From the NCBI GenBank assembly GCA_976551045.1, contig CDPCPM010000323.1:6014001-6078000 (forward strand): a stretch of DNA of 64,000 bases, read 5' to 3'. This document shows positions 1 to 12,075 of this stretch, one piece after another. Origin of the DNA: Glaucostegus cemiculus. Lineage: Eukaryota. How positions within the stretch are numbered: the first letter of the stretch is position 1; each line of letters opens with the position of its first letter. The notes under the pieces are model-generated. The model was not told the origin of the DNA and did no database searches. It saw nothing but the letters and a program-made list of their open reading frames with translations. Both the position numbers and the translations under genes were made by a program.

Positions 1-125
1 CATTACAACACTGTGGAGGTATGGTTACCATATCAAGTGACTTTTGTGTATTTTCCAATTTTTGGAAAAATCAACTTATAGACATCTGTAAAAACAGAAC
101 TCGTTCGTTACCTGGGGGTGGCCTC
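1..125. mobile_element. Terminal fragment of a Tigger/pogo-like DNA transposon or MITE
   Basis: Ends in GTTCGTTACCTGGGGGTGGCCTC, whose reverse complement resembles the Tigger-type TIR (CAGG..CCCC.GGT.ACGAAC). The other end would lie outside the window. Confidence 0.4.
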
Positions 126-929
126 AATGTTAATTTGGGCCCGAATGTCCAGCCAGGGACACCTTCTCCATAATGCTTTCCTGAATGTCTTTGATCTAAC
201 TGATGCTCTCTTTAAGAGATGCCTGGAAACTGCTGCCAAATAGGTTTCTTCCTGTGAAGTTGGTAATTAGAGTTGGGAGATGTTCCCTTTAACTCCCTCT
301 TGTGATTGGTTGGCAGGACAAAATTAAATGGTGTTGCATATAGAGAAGCACATAATGAATATTTTTAGTCTGTGCTTGTTGCTTTAACTCAATGCTGAAC
401 AATGACACTGTGTTATTTTACGATCATCTTCCATCTCCCAGGGTCTGTCTGAAGATCTCTGCTCACGTTGCAGTGGCCTGAAATTGATTTCCACTTTACC
501 ATGTAGGTGACCAGGGATAAGGAGCCTGCTCATCAAGTTAAGATGAGGAAAGAGGTCCAACCTTAATTAGCTCTTGAGCATGCCTGCTCTGGCACAGAAC
601 ACCTCCCTGCATCCAAGTCTTGTCATTATTGAGATAACAGACAAAGATCAACGTTGGTTTTATTGTTGCTGTGCTTTAATTCATAAGAGAAATACTTTTT
701 TGTCAATAATGTAACTATGCCACTGGCTGATGAATGTGTCCATTTCTAGTAAAAATAAAATTTGTATTTACTTGGATATGTATACAAATGTTTTGTAAAT
801 AACAAAGAGCCTCTTTCAATCTGCAACAAAGAAGAGTTAAAGTCAGGGAAATAGGCTTGATCATTTGGAAACCTTTAGATGTGATACTCAACAATTATTT
901 AAAAGTATGTTTTTGATACATTAGCACTG

Positions 930-1397
930 ATGCAAAGAAGATTCACCAGAATGTTGCCTGGATTGGTGGGCTTTAGTTATGGGGAGAGATTGGATAGGCT
1001 GTGCTAGTTTTCCCTGGTGTGAAGAAGGCTGAGGGTTTTAGAAGTATATAAGATTATGAAAGGCATAAATAGAGTAGATATTCAATTTTTTCCCATGGTA
1101 GGGGTATCAAAAATAAGAGAGCATAGGTTTAGGGTGAGAGGTTGAAGTTTTAAAGGGGATCTTCGGGATTTTATTGTTATACAACGCAGAGAGTGGTTGA
1201 TACCTGGAATACACTGCCAGAGGAGGCAATGGAGCCAGATACAGTTAGTACACTTAAGATGCATTTGGACAGAAACTTAAATAAGCAAAGAGTAGAAGGA
1301 CATGGTCCTAATGTAGGTAGTTTAGATGGACAATATGTGAGTATGGTCAAGATGGGCTGAAAGGCCCATTTTTGTGCTGTACAACTCTATGACTCTC
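930..1397 (+). mobile_element. CR1-clade LINE 3' end (HER1-like), 5'-truncated
   Basis: Decayed ORF2 C-terminus (QRRFTRMLPGL, EHRFRVRG) and CR1 3' tail gggctgaaaggccc...tgctgtacaactctatgactct. Confidence 0.9.
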
Positions 1398-1827
1398 TGC
1401 CCTCATGATACAAGATTTATAAACATTGTATTTCTCATTGTGAGGATTTTCAGACTTTCACTGCCGACATCAAGTGAGCATCAGGTGGAGCCTAAAACTG
1501 TTTGAGCCAGCAAAGAACATGTTTTGGCTCTCATTTATGTGCTTGGTATAATATACATGGAAATATTGAAAAATTGAACAGAAACCTCTGAAATTACACA
1601 ACTCAACCAATTGCTTTCAATGTAAAACTCTGGTTCCTGCCAGGAGATTCAAAATACCAGTTGCTAAGTACATCAGGGATTACTGCTGGGCAGGTGATGG
1701 CATAAGAATATCTGCAGCTACCCGTAGATGTGCTTGAAATTTTAAAGGATTTTAAGCTTGTTAGCTCTGACTCTTCAGATGTTCCAACTAATCCCTGAAA
1801 ATCAATCAATGACATTACTGCTCAGGC

Positions 1828-1907
1828 TGTGTGTGTGTGTGTGTGTGTGTGCATGCGTGCGTGCGTGCGTGTGTGTGTGTGTGTGTCTGTCTGTCTGTCT
1901 GTCTGTG
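1828..1907. repeat. Compound microsatellite (TG)n/(TGCG)n/(TCTG)n
   Basis: Directly visible tandem repeats. Confidence 0.95.
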
Positions 1908-3327
1908 CATATGTGTGCCTGGCTACTAGACCGTGTCCCTAGAATATTTAGAACACACAGAACTTTGGTTTGGGTATAGCTCCATCAGAAATTTTATCAC
2001 TGACATCCAGAGACTTAAGGCAGGACATAACAGATCTGGACACACAACTCTACAGCTTAGCTAATACATTGCTGAGATTATACAGACTGAATGCCTGTAA
2101 TATCCTTTCCCTTGATACTCAGTCATCTATGTGAGTTTTATCTTCATAGTTTATAAAACATGAAAGTGCTCTCCTTATTAAAAATTCCGACTAAATATAT
2201 GTAAATGTTTGCAAAATGAAATGAATCAAAATGCAAGGTCCATTATATTATGTATATGACCATTATATTTGCTCCATATACCAAAACAGACATAAAAAGT
2301 ATTGTAACCAACGGTACTTCTATTATAAAGTTGGATGATTGCCACAGATTATTAACTTTGCAGCTTGTTGTTTCTTTTGTACCACTGCTGCTTATTTATA
2401 ATATTTTTAACAAGTATGAAGATTCTACAAAAATAGGGAGAAATATCTTTTTCTAACTTAGCACATTTCAACTGCCTGGAATATACCTCTTGGCATTTAG
2501 AGCACAAGAACACAAGAGCATCAATCAAGGACAATGTTTTACCATAAAGGGAGATGGGAAATTAGTGGTAATTGCTTGAAATGAAAGAGAATCTGGTAAG
2601 GAATGAAATATATCCCAAAAAGGAGAAGGCAAGCAAAATGAAAATAAATTTTCGATGTAAGATCTCAAGATTTGCTCTTAAGAAATAAGTGCAAAGAAAT
2701 GGAATACCACAGATGAATAGATGTCCATGTTTTTCCAAGTGTTGAAATATCCAGATGCGAAATATATAAGGTTCTTTGGGGTGTGTCTGACCTGTTCTAT
2801 TAGGGTCACATTTAGCCTTGGAGCTATGAAAACTTGGCTCTCAAAGTCCATGCCTGTCAGTCACATTTTTCCTGTCTGCTGGTTTGTTGTGTTTGAATTT
2901 TGTGGGCCTGAGGGCTCAGAAAGGAAAGTTTAATGGGACTGTTGCATTATTGGTGAATAAACCCAAAATCAAAACATTGAGATCCGTTGGTGACAGGGAA
3001 CTAATGAGAAGTGGGAGTTAAGGAATATGCATCATCCCTGAGGGCACTATATTGTGACCCATAAAAACAGAACCTCATTATATATTATAAAATGTGAATA
3101 GCTTGAAACCTAAAGAGATTAACAGATGTTGCAGACCATGGAGTGAGAGTGAGAGATACATTGAACAACTTTGTGAGGCTACACTCTAAGCAAGGTGTCT
3201 CACAATCAGTTGACACAGTCAGAGCAATAGGTCACAATGACTTGGTCTGCCTCACTGATAACAACCCTCTTTTCTGATAGCAGAGTCTCGCAAAGCTATC
3301 TTCATTTACAAAATCCAACCTGAGGAA

Positions 3328-3388
3328 AAGAAAGAAAAGTTTGCATTTGCACAGCACCTTTCACAACCTCAGATCCTGCACATTACAA
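3328..3388 (-). mobile_element. DeuSINE (SacSINE1-like)/L2-type 3' tail fragment
   Basis: ttgcatttgcacagcacctttcacaacctcag matches the reverse complement of the ...gtgaaaggcgctatataaatgcaag tail. Confidence 0.4.
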
Positions 3389-3904
3389 TATGATAATAAC
3401 TACAGATGACATTTTTTTTATTTTATTTCTCTTTCTTATGACATTAAAACCCTCACACTTGGATTTGCAAATGGGACAGAGCTGCTACTGGAAGAGCTGT
3501 TTGTTGCTGGTGCAATCACATCTGCCCTGTAATGTGGTGACCAGAATGTTATGCTAGTTGTGGCCTAGCTGGTGATTTGTGACTGGAGTGCATCTTTTCA
3601 CTGGTGACCTTCCATGTGCAAATTCCTAACCACCTATAACACTTGTGCTGCTATCTGCAAGAATATACGGACAGGCATAATGTTCCTATACTCCTCTTCA
3701 CTTCTTAATATCCTATTATTATTGTATACTTCCTCGACACTTTGCTCTTCCAAATGCACCCTCTCCCAAAATGAGCAGGAGGCCTTCCCTGGAACATACT
3801 GAAATATTTGGTCCAAGAGACAAAATTCTATGATCCTGTTCAATGGTGTATTTCCCAGTAGAAGCTCAAGTAAGGACTGCCCTTTAACGCACATTCCAGA
3901 AGGC

Positions 3905-5002
3905 GTTCATCCTCTTAACAGGGACAAGGTTCTTTTTGTCCTCACCTACCACCCCCCAAACCTCCGTATCCAACACATCATTCTCCGCAATTTCTGCCAT
4001 CTCCAACGGGATACTACCACCAGGCAACATCTTCCCTCACCCCCTCTGTCAGCTTTCTGCAGGGACTGCTCTCTCCACGATTCCCTTGTCCACTCGTCCC
4101 TCACCACTGATAACCCCCGGCACTTATGCCTGCAACTGCACTGTGCTACGCCTGTCCCTACACCTCCTCCCTCACCACCTTTCAGGGTCCCAGACAGTCC
4201 TTCTAGATGAGGCAGCGCTTCACCTGTGAGTCTGAGAGTGTCATTTATTGCATCCGGTGCTCCCGGCCTGGCCTTCCATACATCAGTGAGACCCGACGCA
4301 GATTGGGTGACTGCATCATCAAGCACCTACGTTCCATCTGCTGCAACAGCCAGGACCTCCCCAGTGGCCACACACTTCAATTCTACTCACACTCCCATAC
4401 CGATATGTCTGTCCATGACTGCTTCTACTGCCACGTTGAGGCCAGACGCAGGTTGGAGGAACAACACCTCATATTTCACCTTGGAGTCTCCAACTTGACG
4501 GCCTCAACATCAATTTCTCTAACTTCTGGTAACACCACCCCTTCTTTTTCTTCCCTCCTACTCCTTTGTCTTTACCTATTCAAGTAGCTCCCTTCCCCAG
4601 CCTTGATAACCTGCCCATCTCCTTTCCTCCCCTCCCCCATCCTTTATTCCATGGTCCACTGTCCTCTCCTACTGGATTCCTTCTTCTTAGACCTTTCCTT
4701 CTTCTACCTATCACCTCTCAGCTTATTACATCTTCTCCTCCTCCCCCACCCACCTACCTTCCCCCTCTCACCTGGACTCGCCTATCACCGGGACTCACCT
4801 ATCCCCTGCCTGAATGTGCTCCTCCCCCTCCCCCCACCTTCTTATTCTGGCTTCTGCCCTCTTCCTTTCCAGCCCTGATGAAGGGTCTCAGCCCAAAACG
4901 TCGACTGTTTATTTCCCTCCATAGGTGCTGCCTGACCTGCTGATTTCCTCCAGCACTTTTTGTGTATTGCTCCAGATTCCAGCATCTGCAGAATTCCTTG
5001 TA
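3905..5002 (+). mobile_element. Penelope-like element 3' part: degenerate GIY-YIG endonuclease, polypyrimidine region and terminal unit
   Basis: Frameshifted peptides VLTYHPPNLRIQHIILRNF, FTCESESVIYCIRCS..YISETRRRL, VATHFNS and LEEQHLIFHLG are typical of the PLE GIY-YIG region. Terminal unit ...ctgcctgacctgctga.ttcctccagca...agattccagcatctgcag. Confidence 0.9.
4870..4907 (+). ncRNA. Minimal type I hammerhead ribozyme (degenerate) in the PLE terminal unit
   Basis: CAGCC-CTGATGA-A-GGGT(CTCA)GCCC-AAAAC-GTC-GACTG gives stem I arms, the CUGAUGA core, stem II, GAAAC with G>A and a GUC cleavage triplet. Confidence 0.75.
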
Positions 5003-6341
5003 TGATCCCCCCATCAGCCTTCCTTTTCTAGATAAGGATGAAAATTATATTCCCTTACTGCTCCAGCAGCTGTGGAATTTGGCACCTCACCTGTCTATGC
5101 CCAGCAGTTATCGTGCAAAAGTCCATCATGCACACAGAAAGTATTTGATACCAACTGTACCTCAGAATCAGTTTTGCACCTTCATTCAATTGTACAGCTC
5201 ATATAAAATGTGCTATATGACTGAAATTCTAGTGCCCCAAATTTAACACCATGTTCAAAAGATGTATTTCCACAAGATTTCTGCTAGCTATCTGCTACAA
5301 ATCTTGTGGAACATCTACAGAATTTAAGAAAGATAATCCTGAATAGTGTTAATGCCCCTTCTCCAAAGTTTCTGGGGACATTCTGCTGAGGTTTTGTTGA
5401 TACGTCAGGACAACCCCTGAGGAAATGATTGCCTCAAGTATTTGGAAAAATGAAAACTGCTTCAATTACAGAACTTGCAAAATATAACTTCAATTTGCAA
5501 TTCCACAGCTGCAATAGCAGCACTTTTTACACTGGCAGACTTCTCCGCAATGCTTCCATTAAAATGAGCAAGCATTCACGCTGCTAGAGTACTTGTAACT
5601 TTAATGTCAATGACTAAATACACAATTTTAAGTGCTGTGCTCTTGTCCATGGCTAGAAGTTGAATTTTGGATGTGACATTATTTGAATGGTTTGACAGAT
5701 TAAGAACAATCTCATGCTGGTTTGAAAAATGAAAGGATCACCATGGTAACCTGTCTAATGGGGAAATTGTTATGTGTGCTTAGGAGTCTGATGGAAGGGT
5801 TTGTTCTGGTTAACTCTAATAGCAGATTTTATAGTGTCATTCCTTTTATTTTTTTTCTGGTATTCGGATGAATTAGAAGTTAATCTGTATTCTAGGAGAA
5901 TGAGTAAGTCTGTAATGATGGATTGGCATTCATTTCTAGCTTGTCAGTGCATTAAAATACAAGAAGTCGTAATACTTCTTCAAATAGAATTACAAAGGTA
6001 GAGTGATTGTGTCCAAGAACTTTGAGCTGCAAAATGAACAACTCAGAATCTTTGACATTTTTAAAATTGCAGAGTGAATATTTAAACATATATCTTTTCT
6101 CCTCCATATTATTTGAAAGAAGTTTGGATAAAATTGCAAATAAGACAGCCTGAGTTCACTAGGTATTAGAGTAAATCATGTGAGTCAATGTTGTTAATCG
6201 TGGCCCATCACTGCTGAAAACAGTGAATGTCGAACACTGGAAATGTGCCAACCAATAAATATACAGCAAGGCGCCACAAATAGTGACCAGTTCTCCGTCT
6301 GAGGAAAAGGATAGGAGATTACCTCTACCTGCTTTGAAAAC

Positions 6342-6385
6342 CATGTCATGGGATCTTTGACATCCACCTGAGAGGGCAGTAGAAC
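6342..6385 (-). mobile_element. DeuSINE Deu-domain fragment
   Basis: catgggatctttgacatccacctgagagggcag matches the recalled reverse complement of the Deu core. Confidence 0.5.
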
Positions 6386-8206
6386 GCTCCCAAAAGAACA
6401 GAATCAAACGTTTAGGGACCTACTGTCCCCACTTTACCAATCACAATGGGTCAAAAGTAATGGTCAAGCTATCCCTGGTTTATAATCAGTAAACAAGGCT
6501 CCATTTGTAAATAATACCTGCAATAAGCATAATTCAACACTCACTTGTGAAATGAACATGAAGTTTTGTGTTGATTAAAGTGGGGAAACTAAGTTCCAGG
6601 GAATGAACTGCTCCCCTTTTTCACTGCATCAAGTGATACTCGTGAGTGTGCCTTAAGCTTTCATCTGAAACTCCTCTCTTCATTCCTTTAGTGGTGACAT
6701 TGGGCCAAATGTCTGTAGGTCTGAGAGCTCTGTCCACCTGCCCCTGTGTCAGGCAGATCCTTCTATAGAGAACTTGGCTCCTAGAACTTGGGCATGGCTC
6801 AATGCAACCAAGGGGCTTTCGCAGTGCAGAGAGTGGGCTGCGCTCACACAACAGCTGTGACAGCTGGTGTGGTCCCTTCACCTCCCTGGTTCACCAACAG
6901 TACATTGAGATTTTTTGACATTCTTTCACACACAGCGACAACAAAGTTAAAAAATCTAAAATTACATATTTACATTTTAAACACTGAAATCATACCCACA
7001 TTCAATGAAAATAAATTGAAATCATTGAATTTGACTTAAATATAAAATAAGAGGTAACTCCATTGACCTTCCTCCAAAAGCTCTGTAAATGAGGACTGTT
7101 TTGCTAGAATCAAGTTTAACCCAGCAGAGCCTCAGTGATCACGTTCCTGCCTCAGAGCCAGGCAGCCTATGAAATGCACAGATGTAGATGTAGCTGGCAG
7201 TAAAGGTGGCAGGGGTGAAATGCCACCCTGATGTAGTCCCATCTCATCACTAGACGTTGGAACTTGCACTAGATGAGTGCTGTCATTGGTATGGAGATGG
7301 AAGTTCCAGGCTGAAAAATATTTGTTTCAAAGACATTAGCATTTCAATAAAACAACAGAGTTTGGATTTTCAGATAGAGATGTAAGTGCTTGCACCTTCG
7401 TAACTGATTTTTCACAGCCTTTGCAGCAGAAGCAACTTAGACTGTAACTATTGATGCAAACTGAAATCTGCAAACTGGCATTTGCAGTCAGAAGTTCAAT
7501 GTATCACACACCGAATTCAGTCTGACTGGTAAAATGAAACAGCAACAGTAGAGTTGCTGCTTTTGTGCTTTAACAAGGACATTGAAGCACTTACTTTTTT
7601 ATGTTGGCAGATTCTGCTCTCTGTATCAATCCTTCTACAAAGGACTTGCATGTTTTTCTATATCAAAGACACTAAAAAAATCCAAGCTCTATTGAATAAC
7701 CACTCTAAGTGCACATAGGTAATGCACTGGCTGGCTGTATGCTTTGAATATGCAACCTTGTATAAACCCAGAGAAGAGAAACAACATGTGAATAGCCAGA
7801 GGTAAAGATTGCATTTAGTGATAGACTAGAGAACTCTTCTTGTTCAGGGTTAAGTAGTATGTCAATGTCGGGCATAATTTACTGAAGGCCATAAGGAAAG
7901 ATCATTATTCTCATTGTTTTGCTGTATTAGACTTCAGGAAAAAAAAGCCACATTTGAGAAAACACTGTCCTATATGTTTTGTACAGTGTTAATTTCTCAT
8001 TGGCTCAATGTGATTTTCATTTGTATGCTCACTAGTTCCAATGATTGACATTTAGTGATTTTTTTGTGCTCAATTAAGCTTCTTAATTAAACATTATTTC
8101 CATGTATTAGTCAATCCATATCTTACTAAAATAGTCAGCATGTATTTCAACAAAATACATTTTAAAAACCTTTCAGTTACTGAAGGTATCATTTTAGATT
8201 TATAAT

Positions 8207-8500
8207 AGGCATGGTAGTGTAGCGGTTAGTGTAACGCTATTACAGAACAAGCAACCCAGGCTCAATTCCTGCTGCTGTCTGTAAGGAGTTTGTACATTCT
8301 CCCCGTGTCTGCATGGGTTTCCTCTCGGTGCTCCAGTCTCCTCCCACATTCCAAAGACGCACAGGTTAGGAAGCTGTGGGCATGCTATGTTGACGCCAGA
8401 AGCGTGGTGACACTTGCAGGCTGCCCCCAGAACACTCTAGGCAAAAGATGCATTTTTACTGTCTGCTTTGATGTATATGTGACTAATAAAGTAATCTTAT
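8207..8500 (+). mobile_element. tRNA-derived V-SINE with Rex1-type tail
   Basis: Head with A/B-box-like motifs (tagtgtagcggttag; ggctcaattcc), V-domain gggtttcctc..gtgctcc.gt.tcctcccaca.tccaaagac, tail gtgactaataaag. Homologous copies at 30929 and 46557. Confidence 0.85.
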
Positions 8501-9609
8501 ATAGAATTTTGAAAATAGTGAATAGGTTTCACCAACATAATATAATTTACATTAAAAAATACAAAATTGCAATATAATTATGGTTTGAATTTACAGTTTC
8601 TTTATTAACTGATTCCAGACATTCAGCTGACTCTCTTTCACAGTTTGATTTAGGGGATAGTAGTGACCAACCATGCATTTGGACATGGTGAGTGTCAGGT
8701 TTTAAGTCTAGCTGGACACTCAGCATATCGATTACCAGTGAGGAAATGGAGTAGACTAAATCCAACTTTGCTGAAGATGTAACAGGCTGGAGGTACACAG
8801 GCTGTCTGTTAAATTCTATGAGATAATTTATTGCTTGGTGATTTCAATTTTAAATGTATTCACCTACAATTGTCTCAGTTTTATCTTGTATAAAATTTAC
8901 AAAATATCAATGAACAAACTTATATATAACATGGACATGTTTTTAACACTTCCCATCAGTGCACTTTATTATATATCACCCACTTTATCGGGAGAAATAG
9001 TGCAGAAGGTATGTTAGGTTTTTTTATATTTAATGACAGGAAATTCCTTTAATTCATGTGTTTAATATGGACATCTCTCTTTCTTTGTGCTGATTTTTTT
9101 CAACTAACAGATAGAAGCAATTGCTGATAGATTTTGATTAAAAAATATTTGTCTATGAAGGTGAATTGACAGAGGTTAAGTAATGTGAAAAAGCGTTGAT
9201 GGACTTTTATATGGTATGATGAATTCATGGGCTTCTTACACAAAATATCCACACATCCCAAATGGTTGAATTTGAATGTAAATTGGTTGGTGTCATAATT
9301 GGGTTACAGAAATCTGATTGGCTAGCACACTAATTATTGTCATAGATGTTGCACCTCATTGCACATGGAATTGATTTATCGATGTCATGGCTGCTGGTAC
9401 ATTTTATAGCAATAATAATCCTGTCCATTACCGTTTTCATTTATGCACAGATTTTTATGATGCCATTGTTGTTCACCTAAAATTTAATTGTAATTAGCTG
9501 TACATCTCTACACTTTGTCAAAATTGTTCCCCGCTGAAGGAACAATCACCTTACACTTGGTTTAGCAACAGATGATTGAGTGAGAACCCACAGAACAAGA
9601 GTGGAAAGA

Positions 9610-9720
9610 TAAGACACTGAAGATGTTGGAATCTGAAGCAACATCGAATCTGAAGCGAGTCAAGTAGCATCTGTGGTGGGAAAGGAATTGTCACTGTTTC
9701 GGATTGAAACCCTGCACCAT
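9610..9720 (-). mobile_element. Short PLE terminal unit with degenerate hammerhead
   Basis: Reverse complement reads tggtgcagggtttcaatccgaaacagtgacaattcctttcccaccacagatgct...agattccaacatcttcag. Confidence 0.75.
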
Positions 9721-9738
9721 GAGGCCTCAATTTGGCCA

Positions 9739-9807
<69 letters not shown>
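9739..9807. repeat. (TA)n microsatellite
   Basis: More than 30 TA units, directly visible. Confidence 0.97.
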
Positions 9808-9810
<3 letters not shown>

Positions 9811-9899
9811 AAGAATTGGGTAATTTTCTCAGTCATACCCTATACATTTGTTCATCTTCATTTGTAATCACCTTTAACAGTAACAATCTTACCTCAGTC

Positions 9900-10005
9900 C
9901 TGATGTAGGCTTTTGACCCAAAGTGTTGACAATTCCTTTCCCCCCACAGATGCTGCTCAACCTGCTGAGTTGCTCCAGATTCCAGCATCTGCAGTCTCTT
10001 GTGTC
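9900..10005 (+). mobile_element. Short PLE terminal unit (hammerhead-headed) with 9-bp TSD
   Basis: ctgatgtaggcttttgacccaaagtgttgacaattcc...gcagtctcttgtgtc, flanked by ACCTCAGTC at 9891-9899 and 10006-10014. Confidence 0.8.
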
Positions 10006-10149
10006 ACCTCAGTCTTTACTTGAATGAATAATACTGGTTTAACTTGTGCAAGTGGATTTGCAGCGAATCGCAATATATGATATGTAGCACATAAGAACTC
10101 TTTTCGGTCAGACTGTGTAGATAATACCACCCACGTAGATCACCCATCT

Positions 10150-10500
10150 CAGATTGTCCTCATAAAGCTGCCTTCTTGAGCTGCTACTGTTCATTCACTG
10201 AAGATACTTCCACAATACTGTTGGGTTGGAAGTTTCTGATCTGACATTATGACAATGAAGTAACAATGGTGTGTGACCTGGAGGTGGATCTTTTAGCTGG
10301 TGTCCTTCCATGTGCAAGTTGCCTTTCTAGGTAGAAGAGATTGTGTTGGTTCTAGAGCAACTGCAGAAGAAACTTGCTGAGTTTTTGGAGACAACTCAGA
10401 GATGATGTTCCTTGGATCCATGGGGCAATGATGGTGGAGAGGAAGAACATTAAGTTGGTGCAGGAGGTGAAAATCAAGCAAGCAGTTTTGTCATGGTCAA
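10150..10500 (-). mobile_element. Old CR1-group LINE 3' region (second family)
   Basis: agctgccttcttga..ctgc and gtgtgacctggagg are similar to the copy at 15460-15742. Confidence 0.5.
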
Positions 10501-10602
10501 TTACTTACACACAAGGCATTGTGTAATCATCCATTTCAATTGAAGAGAAATGTTAGGAGCAAATTGTGTGGCAATTATTGAACTTCATATATTTACTTTT
10601 GA

Positions 10603-10897
10603 TATAGGAGGCCACTCGATTCTATGCCAACTGTTAGATATTCCATCACCCCACTTATTTCCACTATAACCTGTTGAGTCTCAAATGTCCACCAAGTGTC
10701 TCATTGGTTCTCCTCTCACCCACCTGGGCTACAAACAATTTACAGTAAGCAGCTAACCTACAGCACACACTTTCGGGATGTGGGAGGAAACTGGAATACC
10801 AGGAAAAACCCGCAGAGTCACAGGGAGAACATGTAAACTCCACACAGACAGCACCAAAAGTGAGGTCACTGAAGCTGGGCAGCAAATGCATTAACTG
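10603..10897 (-). mobile_element. HE1-like V-SINE
   Basis: gggatgtgggaggaaactgga...gtcacagggagaacatgtaaactccacacagacagcacc is the V-domain reverse complement. CR1-type tail at the left end. Confidence 0.8.
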
Positions 10898-11134
10898 TAA
10901 TGTCACTGACATTAAGAACAAATATTTGCATTCACATACTATCATTAAAGTTCTTATTCAGTGCAACCTACCCTGTTAAAATATTAAATTGTATTAAAAA
11001 TAAACTGGCCATGAAGCATTTTCTTAGCTAATTTAGGTTTGAACTTTATAAACAGAACTTCCATTATCCTTCTCCAATTATCAGCAATCATTCCAAGGCA
11101 TTTTTATAGGACAAAATCCAATACAGAGAAAATG

Positions 11135-11340
11135 TGCACCACAGTGGTGTATCTTGTGGAACTGCTGCCTCATAGCTCCGCTGACCCAGGTTTGATCCTG
11201 ATGTGTCTGTGTGGAGCTCATGCATTCTCCCTGTGACTCTGTGGGTTTCCTCCTGGTGCTCCCATGTCTTTCCCTCTCCCAAAACTGTATGGGTTGGTAG
11301 ATTAATTGACCACTCTAAATTACCCCTGGTGTATGGGTAG
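11135..11340 (+). mobile_element. HE1-like V-SINE head and body (interrupted; tail resumes near 11990)
   Basis: cacagtggtg...ctgctgcctcatagctcc...ggtttgatcctga head, followed by the V-domain and ...aattgaccactctaaattacccct. Confidence 0.8.
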
Positions 11341-11344
11341 GGGA

Positions 11345-11990
11345 GCGACTGTGAGTGCAGAAGGGAGATAGCCAGTCTAAAGAGGTGAGGGGGAGGGGTG
11401 AGGCAGGGGCTGGCAGGTGACATGTAGAACCAAGTGACGATGGGGATGATGGGCAGATGGATCCAGGCGGGGGAAGGGGTGGAGTGGAGTTGAGAGACAG
11501 TGGCTGGTGAGTGATAGGTAGAGATAGATAAGGAGAGAGAACAAAAGGAGCAGGTGAGGGAAGGGGAGTGTGGAGGTAGAGACAGAGTCTGGAAGGTGAT
11601 CACTGGAGACACAAGAGGCTGCAGATGCTGGAATCTGATGTCAGGAAAGTGATGTGCAACCAGATAAGGGAGGTGTGGTGGGCAGATGGAACCAGGTGGG
11701 GGAGGGGAACCAAGCTGGGTGAAGGGGGTGGTCGGAGAACCTGGCTGGATTTGGAGAGAGAAAGGAGTAACAGGGGATGCGGGTTACCTGAAACTGGAAA
11801 CTTCAATGTTCATACCACTGGGTTGTAGACACCCAGGAGGTACATGAGGTGTTGTTCCTCTAGTTTGTGTTTGGCCTTACTCCGGCAGTGGAGAATGCCG
11901 AGGACAGACAGGTCAGTGTGGGAAGGGGAAGGGGAGTTGAAATGGCCTGCAACAGGGAGCTCAAAGTGGCCATTGCCAATGCAGCACATG
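11345..11990 (-). mobile_element. Penelope-like element 3' fragment inserted into the SINE
   Basis: Reverse complement encodes ELPVAGHFNSPSPSHTDLSVLGILHC...KLEEQHL, then a polypyrimidine tract ending at CAGTC. Confidence 0.85.
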
Positions 11991-12075
11991 AGGATTAGTG
12001 TGAAAAGGTGCTGTATAGATTCAGTGGGCTGAAGGGCCTGTTTCCCTGCTGTATCTCTTCCTGAGTCTATGATTC
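11990..12075 (+). mobile_element. HE1/CR1-type 3' tail, probably the continuation of the SINE at 11135
   Basis: ggattagtgtgaaa...tgggctgaagggcctgtttccctgctgta...ctatgatt. Confidence 0.7.

Noticed and set aside
440-790. Possible solo LTR
   Set aside because: It has an AATAAA-type end and LTR-like texture, but I found no TG...CA termini, TSD or second copy.
8207-8285. tRNA gene (also the SINE heads at 11135, 23500 and 31160)
   Set aside because: The A/B boxes run straight into SINE bodies and there is no intact cloverleaf.
9673-9867. ORFs with IYIY or VCVC repeats (also 1758, 14264, 14444)
   Set aside because: They are microsatellite translation artefacts.
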